Of a DNA stretch of 64,000 bases, positions 1 through 12,085 are shown piece by piece. Each line of letters begins with the position of its first letter. The stretch's first letter is position 1. Below the pieces are notes generated by a model. That model was not told where the DNA came from. It did no database searches and worked only from the letters and a program-made list of their open reading frames with translations. The translations under genes were made by a program, and so were the position numbers. The stretch comes from Eledone cirrhosa (lineage: Eukaryota): NCBI GenBank assembly GCA_964016885.1, contig OZ024742.1:186682001-186746000 (forward strand), in the 5' to 3' direction.

Positions 1-2785
1 ATTGTACTTATAATTTCCTAACTAGTTGTGTTCTTTCTGTTCCTGAGAAGCTCAGCTTCTCAAGATTTGTATTGAGGCAGTTGCTAACATATCCTAGTGC
101 CCCAATAATCACAGGCATAAATCTGAAGGTGTAATCAGGGTGGAGTATCTGCAGATTTCTCATCAGTTCTGCATAAATATTCTCCTTTTCGCTAATCTTT
201 GATATTATCTGCTGGGCAGCTAATTTCCACTACTGTACATGCTTTCTTCTCCCTGTGCCATATCATAATATCTGGTCTGTATGTCTGCATTATATTGGGG
301 TTTTTACTGGAACATTCCACCAGTACTCTTTCATATTATGTACATGGATGTCTTCCACATTGCTGTAGCTTTTAATGTGTTTATTATCGGGGCTATCTTT
401 TTTACGAACTGCATTGTACAGTGTTTTGGCCACTACATCATGCCTCATATGTAGATAGTACCGCAATGACATCTTTGGACAGCTGCTGATGACATGGGTG
501 ATATCCTTGATGCTAGTTCTGCAGAGCCTGCACTTGTTATCACATCTAGGTGTTTTGTCTGCATCCCCATCTCTTTTGTGAATCAGGTATTTCGTGTTAA
601 TCTCCTGTTCTTGGAGTGCAAAAGCGTATCCTTCAAAGTGGGAGCCAATATACCGGTTGTTGGTCCAAGATAGACTACTTTCCTTATCTATATTACTCTC
701 ACTCTGGAACTTCCTGGCAACATATCCATGCATGATTTTTGGCTGATAAGCATGCAGTTTCTCATCCATGGATTCACTGCGATACTGCTGAGCGACTTCC
801 CTGTGTGCGAGATTTTGATTATCACACAGGGAATATCTCTTGAGGAGTCCCTTCCCAACTCTTATGATCTTATCTGTTTCATGCAGATAGACTTGCTCGA
901 GAAACGGGCTCCTACGCTTCGAGGTTCGTAGATGTTGTCGGAGGGATATGATGCGACATTCAAGTTCTGTCTGGACTGATGTTAGGCCTCTGCCTCCCTG
1001 CTTACTTTTCAAGTAAAGGCGGTCTATGTCAGTGTTGATGTATAAGTTTCAGGTGTTGTTTAGTATTTTTCGAGTTCCAACATCAACTGCTCGGATTTCG
1101 TCTATTGTCCAATTGAGTATTCCAAACGTTGGTGATAGGACAGGCACAGCAAACGCATTGTGAGCCACTGTTTTGTTTTGCGCAGAGAGTTCCGATTACC
1201 AAATCTTTCTTAATCGGGTGTAGTATTCCCTGGTTACGCGTTCCTTATTACAGATACCATTATAGGATACGTTCTCATCTACCCCCAGGTATCTGTAGCA
1301 GTCCTCATCAGATATCGGTGAAACAGTTAGGCCATTGATGACAATGTTGCTAGATTGGGTTGTTGTTTTTCCCCGCTTTACAGTCATATATGGACATTTA
1401 TCTTGGCCAAACTCCATTCCTATATCCTTTGAGAATGTTGTAATCAGGTCAAGATTTTTCTTCATCCCATCCATGTTTTTGGCATAGAGTTTCAGATCAC
1501 CCACAAAGAAATTATGGGTTAGGTTCGTATTTCTGTCCTCCTGTGAGCCAATGATGTATCCCTCACATTTCTTGAGCAGAAAGGGCAAGTGGTTTAGTGA
1601 CCAGATGAATAATATCACAGAGAGACTGAAACCCCGAAATATACCTTTGCGATATTTTATTTTATCAGTAAAAATAGAGTCCCCCCTCCCTTAGGATAGT
1701 TGCCCAAGAAGAAGACAGCCTCTCTATGGCTCTGACAATAATGTCTGGGACTTTAGCAAGTTGGAGGGCCTCTATAATCCAAGAGTGGGTAACAGAATCG
1801 AAAGCTTTCCTGTAGTCAAGCCAGACTGTAGCCATATTCCTCCTAAGTTGTCGCACCTCCGACATCGCAGTTTGTTGATTAGGAGTTGTTCAGCACATCC
1901 CCAAACCCCTTTCTTTCCAGCTGCTTGTTCATCTATGATGATGTTATTATTTTCACAGTGATCTTGGAGGAATAGGTTCAGGCAGGCCGTATACATCTTA
2001 TACATCAGGTTCTGGCATGCAATGGGTCGGTAGTTTTTTGCCAAGTGGGTGTCTTTGTTCTTAGGGACCAGTAATGTTTGTGTTAATGTCAACCATTCTG
2101 GTATAAGTGTATCTACCTTAAGAACTTGTTGGTAGAGCTCAGTAAGATACCACCGATAGAATATCAGTTTTTGTACCAGTAGCCGACAATCCTGTCTCTT
2201 CCTGGTGTTTTCTTATCTTGGAGTTTTCCTATCACAGTCTCAAGGGTACCCTCACTTATTTCGTACGTTTTTGTTGTAGTGTAGGAGCAATAGTTCTTTC
2301 GGATTTCTCTTAGCCACACTGCATCTTGGTTGAAATTCTTCTTTTCATCCCATATTTTGCTCCAAAAGGAATCTGTCTTTCTGGGATGGAGCCTTAGTGA
2401 CACTTATTATTTTGTTCTTCATATCTCTATAGACTGATGTTTGGTTTCGTCTGAATCTTTTATTAAGCACTTTTCTCTCATCTACCTTCTTCAGGTATCG
2501 GCGTTTTTCGCTAACAGTTCTCAATTCTTGTTTGAGAGTGATCAGCTTATATTTAAGAGTTCTGTTTCTACTGTTACCAAACATCGTCTCTATTTTATTT
2601 TTCACTCTTTGTTGGTGAGGAGTGAGTTTTTTTTGTGTTTGTTTGCATGTAAGGAGCATTGTCACATATCCTATAGTTTTTCGTAGATCAGCAATCTTTT
2701 TTTCTATTTTAGTTATATATGATGGTATTTTTGGTGGTGTTCTGTTCTTGTCAATATCTCTGCTATCACCAAGATAATGCTTCAC
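1..2785 (-). pseudogene. Frameshifted RT/endonuclease polyprotein of the R4/Dong-like element
   Basis: ORFs 2345-2785, 2164-2403, 1772-2092, 1665-1865, 1196-1618 and 290-1012 are consecutive pieces of one non-LTR pol protein in shifting frames. Confidence 0.85.
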
Positions 2786-2924
2786 TGTCGTTGCTAAGGC
2801 ATATAAACAGTCATTGATTTGCCAATATGTTGGGGTTTTTATCCGTCGTAAATATTCATCCCCTATTTCGTCAATAACACGTAATATTTCATTATTTATT
2901 TTTTTAATTATTTGTTTTTTAACA

Positions 2925-3109
2925 AGGTCGGTGAATTGGCAGTATCGGTAGAGGGTTGGACGCCATGCTTTCTAGCATAGTTACGTCCCTTTACGGTTTG
3001 AGTTCAAATCCCGCTGAGGTTAACTTTGCCTTTCATCCTTAAGGGGTCGATAAAATAAAGTACCAGTAATGTACTGGGTAATTGCTGGCCTTGTGTCTAA
3101 AGTAGAAAC
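2925..3109 (+). mobile_element. tRNA-derived SINE with Nin/Deu-like central domain, inserted into the R4-like element
   Basis: A/B-box-like head (gaattggcag...gagttcaaatccc) and gcctttcatcct..ggggtcgataaaataaagtacc core. Flanked by a 15-bp direct repeat aattatttgtttttt (2906-2920 / 3110-3124), read as a TSD. Confidence 0.8.
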
Positions 3110-4034
3110 AATTATTTGTTTTTTTTATTAAACATTGTCGTTTTAATACGTTCAGCAAGAGACATATTTATACATGAATTAATTTCCCTCTGGAAGATTT
3201 CGTTGAGGGAAATTTTCAATTGTTTATACTTTTGATTATTATCATTATCGATAGTATTTTCCACAACAGTCGAGGTAGACTCGGATGGTACACGTGGTGT
3301 AAAATTTCTTCGATTATTATTATTATTTCTTCAATTATTATTATTATCGATAGTGTTTTTCCCAGCATTTGAGGTAGACTTAGATGGTACAGGTGGTGTT
3401 AAGTTTCTTACAGGCATAGTTGTTTCAAGGCGCTGTTCGACCTAGCTGCAAGGAAGTCTAGTAGCATAGCGACCTGTAGCATGTGTTGTTGATAACATGT
3501 TTGTTGTGGGGGACTTACAATTAATACTATTTATCTTATTTTTACGTTCAACAAACGTCGCTTGTTGGCGTAATTGTTTCGCTGTGAAATAATTTAGCTC
3601 TGTTCATATAGCCAATGGAGAGATTGTTTTTTGCCATTTTATAACAATTGCCATTTTATAACAATTAAATAAATCATTATTAAGTTCGCAACTCCAAGAG
3701 AAATGCGATTTATAATTTCGGTTGCTTTTGTAGCTACAACTGAATAAAGTTTGTTTACCTTTCTTGTTGTTTGTCTTCGATCCTTCCTTAATTTTGTTGA
3801 TGATGTTGTGTTCAGCCATGCTGTTTGTAGCAAATCCTTGTAAAATGAATTATGTATTTAGTCGGATTTCTCTACGAATTCGAATAAAAGGTGTCTTCAG
3901 AAGATATAGTTATTCAACATGACTGTAGTTGTGGCAATACTGTCGGAGATAGTATTCATCTTAAATTTAATAAATAGTCTCCCACGCCAAAATATGCCAC
4001 TGATAGCGTTGACTGTATAATGTATGTATGTATG

Positions 4035-5233
4035 TTATCTCTTTCTCTTAATTTCGAGCATATTTTTTTTGACCGGCCACCTTCCTGGTGACAAGGTTGT
4101 AAAAGAAAAGAAATTGTCATCCGTTGAATCGCAAGAATGTTTTGCAAATTTTGAAGGTGCCAGCTATCGCAGCCATTTGTAGACTATGAATTAGGGATCT
4201 GCGCTTTTTGTCCGCAAATCCAAGTTCAGTCATACTTTGGTCCAAGCGGGTTGGTATATAACCCGTAGCTCCAATAATGATGGGTATGAAGCTAAAGGGG
4301 TATCTTGGATACTGGATTTGTAAACTCCTCATCAATGGTCCGTAGATGTCCTCCTTCTCCTGTATTTTTCTGACAACGTTTACATCAAGTGGGCAGCTGA
4401 TCTCCACAACAGAACACGTTTTCAATGTGTGGTCCCAAACAACAATATCAGGCCGGTTGTGCTTTAATTTGGTGGCAGTTTTTATTATCAGGTTCCGCCA
4501 GTATTCCTTAGTGCCATCTGTCTCAACATATTCTTCCTCGTTTGTTGTTAATTTTGTTTTCCGAAGTGCGTTCCAGATGGTTCTAGCTATCCCACCGTGC
4601 CTCATTGGGAGGTAGTAGCGAGATGACATTCTTTCGCAGCTGGCAACAATGTGGCTTACATCCTCGATATTTGTTTTACATAGCCTACATTTATTGTCAG
4701 CTGCTGGCCCTCTTCTTTTGTGCAGCAGATATTTGTATTGCATAGAGATATCCCTCAACGTGTGATGTCATAAACTTGTCGGAACTCCATGCCAGGCTTT
4801 TTGAGTGGTTTATCCCCTCTATGGTCTGTGTTTTACGTCTCAAGTATCCATGCACAACTTTTTCTGTAAATTGGTCAATTTTTTTATCTTGTTTGAACAT
4901 TGAATAGGATCTTCCGATTTCTCTGGATGAGAGATTTATATCAGGCTTTATTCCATATCTCTCCTCCAGATCAGTCGCTATTCTAATGATATTTTTTTTT
5001 CATGCTCATAAACCTGGGCAAGATGGTTGCCAACCTTTTTCCTCTGTTGAAGGTGTTGCTTCAGTGTTACTATCCGGGTCTCATATGTTGTTAATATTGA
5101 TTTTAGACCCCGGCCACCTTCCTTGCGCGAGAAGTATAGCCTATACACATCACCATTGATGTTAAAGTTCCCAGTAACACTGAGAAGTTTGTGAGTTCTA
5201 ACATCCATCTCACTTAGTTCTTGCAATGACCAG
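4035..5233 (-). mobile_element. Second R4/Dong-like family, 5'-truncated (RT thumb, CCHC, REL endonuclease, 3' UTR)
   Basis: ORF 4117-4758 has CRLC..HIVASC, RH and RPDIVVWD..VVEISCP..K..Y (PD-(D/E)xK REL). Upstream RLYFSRKEGGRGL motif. Both ends abut (TATG)n. Confidence 0.88.
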
Positions 5234-5234
5234 T

Positions 5235-5356
5235 TCAGCAGGCCAAATGTTGGCGTTAGAATTGGCACAGCATAAGTATGTATGTATGTATGTATGTGTG
5301 TATGTATGTATGTATGTATGTATGTATGTATGTATGTATGTATGTATGTATGTATG
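5235..5356. repeat. (TATG)n microsatellite
   Basis: Direct reading. Confidence 0.95.
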
Positions 5357-5925
5357 TACAACCTGTCCCATGGTCGGGTCGTTGGCGACTAAATTGGCAA
5401 CTCCAGCAAGGTTTCTTAGTGAGGAGGGTGACTTTGGACATCCTGCAGGACTAAAGACAAAACCTGTCAAAGGGCAAAGGAGACATTAAGAGTCAATGGC
5501 CCTCCAAAATCACCGGGAGAGGTGACCCCTTAGCCTTTGTCAAGGCAGAATACTAGGAGAAGGAAAACTCTGATACAACACCTGCAACCCTGATGGTATC
5601 CAATGATGTTGACTTGTTCTTCTTTTTAGTAAATATCATCTTGGTTAAGAGAGTGGGACTGGCTTTGTGCAGTGCCTTTGCTCACTATAAAAGCTTCACG
5701 GCACAGGCATTGCTTTATATCTGGAGATCTCTGTGTACTTGTCGTCACATGGTACCATGGGCCCAGCACTATGTGTCAATAATTGTCACAAGTGTAGTGT
5801 TTGTACCAGAGATTTCAAGTCGCTGCTTGGACTAAAAAGTCACACTCGTTCAGTGCATCGGTAGCGGTTCTCCTACATGGATATAAAGTAGTGGCCGTAC
5901 TCGAAAACGAGTTGGCAGCCACCAT
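5356..5925 (+). mobile_element. Non-autonomous bipartite RTE-derived element, copy 1
   Basis: RTE 5'UTR-like motif ctaggagaaggaaaactctga joined to a 3' end whose family consensus encodes a C2H2 finger ([23 protein letters not shown]), then gtactcgaaaacgag...caccat and a (GTAT)n tail. Seven near-identical copies in the window. Confidence 0.75.
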
Positions 5926-5926
5926 G

Positions 5927-5960
<34 letters not shown>

Positions 5961-5974
5961 TGTATGTATTTATG

Positions 5975-6583
5975 TCAGGTCACCAGTTGGTGCTACTGGT
6001 AACATGTATTCCAGTACAACCTGTCTCATGGTCGGGTCGTTGGCGACTAAACTGGCAACCCCATCAAGGTTTCTTGGTGAGGAGGGTGACTTTGGAATCC
6101 TGCAGGACTAAAAACAAAACCTGTCAAAAGGGCAAAGGAGCTCTTAAGAGTCAATGGTCATCCAAAATCACCGGGAGAGATGACCCCTTAGCCTTTGTCA
6201 AGGCAGAATTCTAGGAGAAGGAAAACTCTGATATAACACCTGCAATTCTGATGGAATCCAATGATGTTGACTTGTTCTTCTTTTTGGTAAATATCATCTT
6301 GGTTAAGAGAGTGGGTCTGGCTTTGTGCAGTGCCTTTGCTCACTATAAAAGCTTCACGGCACAGGCATTGCTTTATATCTGGAGATCTCTCTGCACTTGT
6401 CGTCACATGGTACCATGGGCCCAGCACTATATGTCAATAATTGTCACAAGTGTAGTGTTAGTACCAGAGTTTTCAAGTTGCTGGCTGAACTAAAAAGTCA
6501 CACTCGTTCAGCGCATCGGTAGGAGTTCTCCTACATGGATATAAAGTAGTGGCCGTATTCGAAAACGAGTTGGCAGCCACCAT
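5975..6583 (+). mobile_element. Non-autonomous bipartite RTE-derived element, copy 2 (longest)
   Basis: Tandem near-identical copy following the (GTAT)n tail of copy 1. Confidence 0.75.
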
Positions 6584-7251
6584 GTATGTATATATGTATG
6601 GCTGTAGAAGCAGCATTGTCGAATGGTTAAGAAGTTTGAGTAGTTATCATTATGTCCTGGGTTCAATTCCTAGACGTGGTATCTTGGAATCGACCAATGT
6701 CTTGTGAGTGTGACTGTATTGATGGACATTTTTTGGAAGCTTATCCGATGGAATCTACCTATAATTGATGGGTGCCAAACCTGTCACATACTCCAACTTG
6801 CCACGTTGAATCTCCCTGAGTAGTATGTTAAGAGACACATCGCCGTGAAATGCACAGCCACTAGCACATTAATTTCATGAGAAATATGTTCCATTGATCG
6901 AACAAATGGAAGAACACTCATCGTTGAAACCGATCGAGATCTTACATCAACAGCAACAAGATATGACATCAAATCAATAAGAATTCATTTAAACTATATT
7001 TTAAAACCGAATTTAGCCAGTTTCTGTTTAATGCTAAAAGCAGTGAATTCGTCTTAAATGAAGTATATTGCTATATTTAAGGTTCTATTATAGTCTGGTA
7101 TAGGAAACTAGAAATTATTGATGTTATCCATTTATCGAAGTTATTATTATCAATTTAATTCATCAGCAAAGATACAACTTCACGAAAAACCAAAAATACA
7201 TATCCATGATGTTTGATGAGCTTAAATAACAGGTTGTTGTAGAAACCTATA

Positions 7252-7341
<90 letters not shown>

Positions 7342-7989
7342 TATATAATATATAGATTCCCGAGTTGTGTCGGGGGTGGGTAATCACAGTGAAAAAAGTT
7401 ACTCAATACATTGGTAGAGATTAGGCATCTTCATAATATATATAGATGATTTCTATAGGATTAGGACTGTTTCATACGTATGAAATCATCAGTCATTGCT
7501 GAATGAAACAGTTCTAATCCTGTAGAAGTCATCCCTATATACATATAATAAAGATACACCCACACACACACATACACACGCAGGCACACATACACACACG
7601 CAGACATACACATACGCATATATATATATAAACATGTGGATCCGGACATTCCGCAACCAAATCGGCACGCCACTCTGTACACCAGATTATCCACACACCT
7701 CATCCATCCTGATAAATACTTTTCTTTTTACTTCCACCTCCCAACCTTCTCTTGTTGAGAAATGGCTGTCTCAAGTTGGTCCGAGAGGCTCGTTCGGAAA
7801 AAAATGTATAATTAATTAATATTTTAAAGGCCTACAATATCAAAACTATCAAAGATAATGACCTAATACTTGATATTTTTCCATCATATAGGTACAGGAG
7901 CTAGTATGAATCTTTTCAGGGGGATCTGAGGGGAGTGACCCGGGACCCTCTGGGTGATTTGAGATGGAATGGCCCTATATATATATATA

Positions 7990-8094
7990 TAGGAACGAGT
8001 AGGACCCCGACGGCTGAGCTCAAGCCGTTTCGGCGGCTAATTCTGGACGCATGGTGCGTTTTGGTCCATCTGGTTCCTTACCACATTTCCTTCG

Positions 8095-8096
<2 letters not shown>
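7990..8096. mobile_element. Short inverted PLE pLTR remnant in (TA)n
   Basis: 7990-8049 is the reverse complement of the hammerhead 3' half at 11467-11526; 8052-8096 matches the tail at 11561-11604. Confidence 0.75.
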
Positions 8097-8167
<71 letters not shown>

Positions 8168-8635
8168 GTATATATTATGTATATATATATATATATTTGA
8201 AAAAAGATTCCAGGTTAACTTCCCTGGAGAACTTTCTCGCACTCGTCGGTGGCGATTGTGAAACTGAGATCAGGTTGTGTTGTGACGTGTGACTCTATAT
8301 ACAAGAGAGATTTGGATGTGTCTGGGGGTGGGGTGCGGTATTAATGAGTGTGGGAGTAAAGGAGTCTTGATGAAGATTTAAAGAAATGAACGCTTATACA
8401 CACACACACACACATATACATATGGTGACAGCAAGATAATGGGTTGGGAGTGGTGCTTTTTTTAAAAAGAGAGTTTAAGAAAGGGGCTTATAATATTATA
8501 ATATTATAAAATTATAAAATTAAATCTAATTGTTTAGAACTTCAAGTGAAGTCATTCTTTTCCCTTTTTCAAATATATCTAACTGTACCAAGGATTTCAC
8601 ACATTTTCCAATATATATATATAGGAACCAGTAAG

Positions 8636-8729
8636 ACCCCGACAGCTGAGCTCAAGCCGTTTCGACGGCTAATTCTGGACTAAATGAAAATTTATCCTGG
8701 TATTTAAATAGCCGATCTTCTCAAGGGGT
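8636..8729 (-). ncRNA. Type I hammerhead ribozyme, U3-A8 core variant (left pLTR)
   Basis: Reverse strand reads ACCCC-TTGAGAA-GATCGGCTA...TAGCCGTC-GAAA-CGGCTtgagctcAGCTGT-C-GGGGT; stems I, II and III all pair. Confidence 0.7.
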
Positions 8730-11418
8730 AATTCCATATATGGTCAAAGTGATTGTCAAAAATCAGTAGTAATTCTGTGGTTGCAAATTAGTAGGGGAGA
8801 TGGTGGCTAAACCTGCCAGTAGGAGAAAGAGGGGAGGGGGTGGAGTAGACCCAATCAAGCGTTTGTAGTGTCAGCTACAGCTGGGCATGAGGTCAAAGAA
8901 GCTACAGGGGAGGGGGAGGGGGAGGAAGTCGGAACGGTAAGTAGAACAATGGGGGGTAGAAATATATAGGAAAGAAAAAATACTGAGAGTGAAGAAAAGC
9001 AAATAAGTGTAAAGAAAAACAAATTAGTGTAAAGAAAAAAGTAAAGTAAATTAAATTCTACGACCTTGGTCTCTAGCTATTGTTAGGCTAGAATAAATAA
9101 ATAAAGAAAGAAAGAAGTAAAGAAAGAAATAAAGAAATAACGAAATAAGTAAAAGAACTAGGTGGGACGGAATAGGCGAGGACCCTTTTAAGAGGTATAA
9201 GTACGTAAATGATACGGTGACGGGTCAACAAAAGGGGCCAAAATACTAAAGAGACTACCACGAAATAAACAATAAAGGTTTCCATCCCGGGCACAATTCC
9301 AGCAACCACCCAGTGCAGCAAAGTGAACTAATACGAGATAATAATTCTGAGTCCCGAGAAAAATATATACTAATGCTAACTCTAAAAGATCTAAAACAAG
9401 CTACATGAAAGTTCGTACGAAGTAAAGGTAGAATACGGAAAAATAAATTCAGAATCCACCCCGCCCAAAAGAAAAGCGAAGAAAGAAATACTGAAACGAA
9501 AAAATAAGGCATAAGTGCCACTAAGAAATATAGAGGGCATAGAGAATAGTGGGAGCGGTCGGAAAAAGGGGACAAGTATCCGGGGTCTAAACCAACTGCT
9601 ATAAAGGGCGGAGTCCGCCAAATCTATCCTAGACTAGGGGAGGGGGTGGGGGTACTAAGGCTACAAGGGGCCAAAGGGCAGCCTCGGGTGGGCGAGAAAA
9701 GACGCCGACAAAGGAGAAGAGCTGGGGTAGAAGGACTAAGGAGAGAGGGGGGAATGAAGGAAATAAAGGAAGCGATAAAAGAAACAAAGAAGATCTTACG
9801 TCTCCCTTGGCAAGCAGGGGTTACCCATTGCAAAATCGGCAAGTGGGGTGTTATAGCCCTAGTCTACCCCCCCGGGTCATTATGGGGTTTGAGGGCGAGG
9901 TAAGTCCTACGCAATCTATGTTTACATGCAGTAACCAGTTCATTCTTGTTTAGGAGTTGGTCCGTCGAAAACAGCATTTGTAAAGTTTCCTCCGAGCATA
10001 AATTGCACGGACGGCGTCCTCCCGTGTAAGAATTGGCTCTGGACAGTAATCTCCAAGTGAGATCATAGGTGATGTTGTTGTCCTTGAGGTCCCATATGTG
10101 GCCCGAAAGTGTAGTGGCGTGACGCCGGGCCGGGTTTCGGAAGGTATGTCTATGTTGGTATAGCCGGGTCTTGAAGTCACATGCGGTAAGTCCTATATAG
10201 GCTTTGTGGAGGTATCCGTCCTCACGTTGCACTGGTAGATCACATTACGGTCTCTGCATCTATTGTCGAGTGGGCAAATAGATCTATCCGGGCAGTTACA
10301 CCTCCTGGTCGGTTCTCCACTGCTATTTAGGTTATTTCTGCCATCGGGGTTGAGTTTTTTGTTGTTAGAGGAGACGATGTTTTGTGCGAAGTTTGGTGTA
10401 GTGCTGTAAGAGAGTTTGATGGTATTTTTGTTAATTATGTTGTGGTAGCGGTGTTGTAATGGGAAGTGTTTTTCAATGAGCCTAAAGAATAGTTTCCCGA
10501 TGGGAGTTGTCACCTCTGCGTTGTGGGGGAGGATTGAACCATGTTACATTGCGTGAGCGGCGGTGTCTCCTGCTGGTTCCGCTAATGGGAGCTGGACAGT
10601 AGGATATTTCCTCCCGGAAACCACTCCGCTAGAGGGCCTGGTTGTAATAAGGCGCATGTTCATCGAATATCCGCTCATTAATGACAAACGGGATATGCGG
10701 AGGGAGATGTTTTTGACCAGGTTGTTTGTGATGTTCCTAGGATGGTTTGATCGGCGGTGGATGTAGTGCAGATTGTCATTAGGTTTCCTGTATGGGTAGT
10801 ACAGGTCGTTTTCGAGGTCGAGGGTCACGTCCAGGAAGTTTACTCTGGTCAGGGACGTTTGTAGGGTTATTTTAAATCCCCAGTCGCGGAAGAATCTGAT
10901 TAATTGTTTTGGCCCCTTTTGTTGACCCGTCACCGTATCATTTACGTACTAATACCTCTTAAAAGGGTCCTCGCCTATTCCGTCCCACCTAGTTCTTTTA
11001 CTTATTTCGTTATTTCTTTATTTCTTTCTTTACTTCTTTCTTTCTTTATTTATTTATTCTAGCCTAACAATAGCTAGAGACCAAGGTCGTAGAATTTAAT
11101 TTACTTTACTTTTTTCTTTACACTCATTTGTTTTTCTTTACACTTATTTGCTTTTCTTCACTCTCAGTATTTTTCTTTCCTATATATTTCTACCCCCATT
11201 GTTCTACTTACCGTTCCGACTTCCTCCCCCTCCCCCTCCCCTGTATCTTCTTTGACCTCATGCCCAGCTGTAGCTGGCACTACAAACGCTTGATTGGGTC
11301 TACTCCACCCCCTCCCCTCTTTCTCCTACTGGCAGGTTTAGCCACCATCTCCCCTACTAATTTGCAACCACAAAATTACTACTGATTTTTGACAATCACT
11401 TTGACCATATATGGAATT

Positions 11419-11512
11419 ACCCCTTGAGAAGATCGGCTATTTAAATACCAGGATAAATTTTCATTTAGTCCAGAATTAGCCGTCGAAACGGTTTGAGCTC
11501 AGCTGTCGGGGT
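11419..11512 (+). ncRNA. Type I hammerhead ribozyme, U3-A8 core variant (right pLTR)
   Basis: ACCCC(11419)-TTGAGAA-long stem II-GAAA(11485)-stem III-GTC (C17=11507)-GGGGT. Confidence 0.7.
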
Positions 11513-11603
11513 CTTACTGGTTCCTATTACCCACTCTACTACCTCAAGTATTGAGTACTTTGGTGCGTTATGGTCCACCTGGTTCCTTACCACATTTCCT
11601 TCG

Positions 11604-11638
<35 letters not shown>

Positions 11639-11854
11639 AACATGAAGCTATATAAGGCATCCAATGAGTCCACAGGACGCAGCTAGATGAAGCAATTGAG
11701 TTGAAACTTCGAAGTCAATGCCAATTTTCTACCTAAAAAATAAATGTCTACACTCTCCCTACCATTATTGAGTGCTCGTTCAGGTAATATTTGAATTTTT
11801 TAAATACTACAGCATTTCAGTATTCTCAACACATGTTTTTATTTTATATATATA

Positions 11855-12085
11855 AAGGTTAAAGACCTCCTTCGGTCACGAATGACCATGGAATTTGCAC
11901 CTAGAAAGGTTCCCGGGCAAGTTTGTTTGTGGAAGACCAGCAGTCGCCCATGCATACCAGCCTCCCCTCTCTACGCCACCAATGATATCCAAGGGAAAGG
12001 CAATGGCCTAAATAGTTTGACACCAGTGACGTTGAAACTCATTTCTACCGCTGAGTAAACTGGGACAAGGTGAAATAAAGTGTCT
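11855..12085 (-). mobile_element. SINE fragment with CORE-like domain and RTE-related 3' part
   Basis: ggaagaccagcagtcgcccatgcataccagcctcccctct..ccaagggaaaggca (RTE-5'-related SINE body) next to gctgagtaaactgg..gaaataaagtgtct (CORE-like). Confidence 0.55.

Larger units (their letters stand above)
1..4020 (-). mobile_element. R4/Dong-like non-LTR retrotransposon (RT + CCHC knuckle + restriction-like endonuclease), decayed; 3' end runs off the window
   Basis: Minus-strand ORF fragments give RT motifs (KTPGRDRIVGYWYK, NYRPIAC, WLDYRKAFDSVTH, FFVGDLKLY, YRYLGV) and a CRLC..HVISSC knuckle with RHD. Multiple frameshifts. The presumed 5' end abuts (TATG)n at 4021. Confidence 0.85.
8621..11604 (-). 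mobile_element. Penelope-like element, 5'-truncated, with inverted pLTRs (8621-9243 vs 10907-11526) and ~80-nt tail
   Basis: Minus ORFs: RT C-terminus VNFLDVTLDL..YRKPN..YIH..SNHP; linker CNC..CPL..C; GIY-YIG (NVIYQC..AYIGLT..FKTR..H, CNLCSEE). ~620-bp inverted repeat. (TA)n at both ends. Confidence 0.9.

Noticed and set aside
5593-5835. Recurrent 80-aa [17 protein letters not shown]... as a small gene family
   Set aside because: It recurs only because it lies in near-identical copies of a non-autonomous retroelement; no domain, and it is disrupted in some copies.
7441-7540. Small inverted repeat with CTGATGA..GAAACAGTC on the minus strand
   Set aside because: Stem I does not pair; at best a scrambled pLTR remnant.
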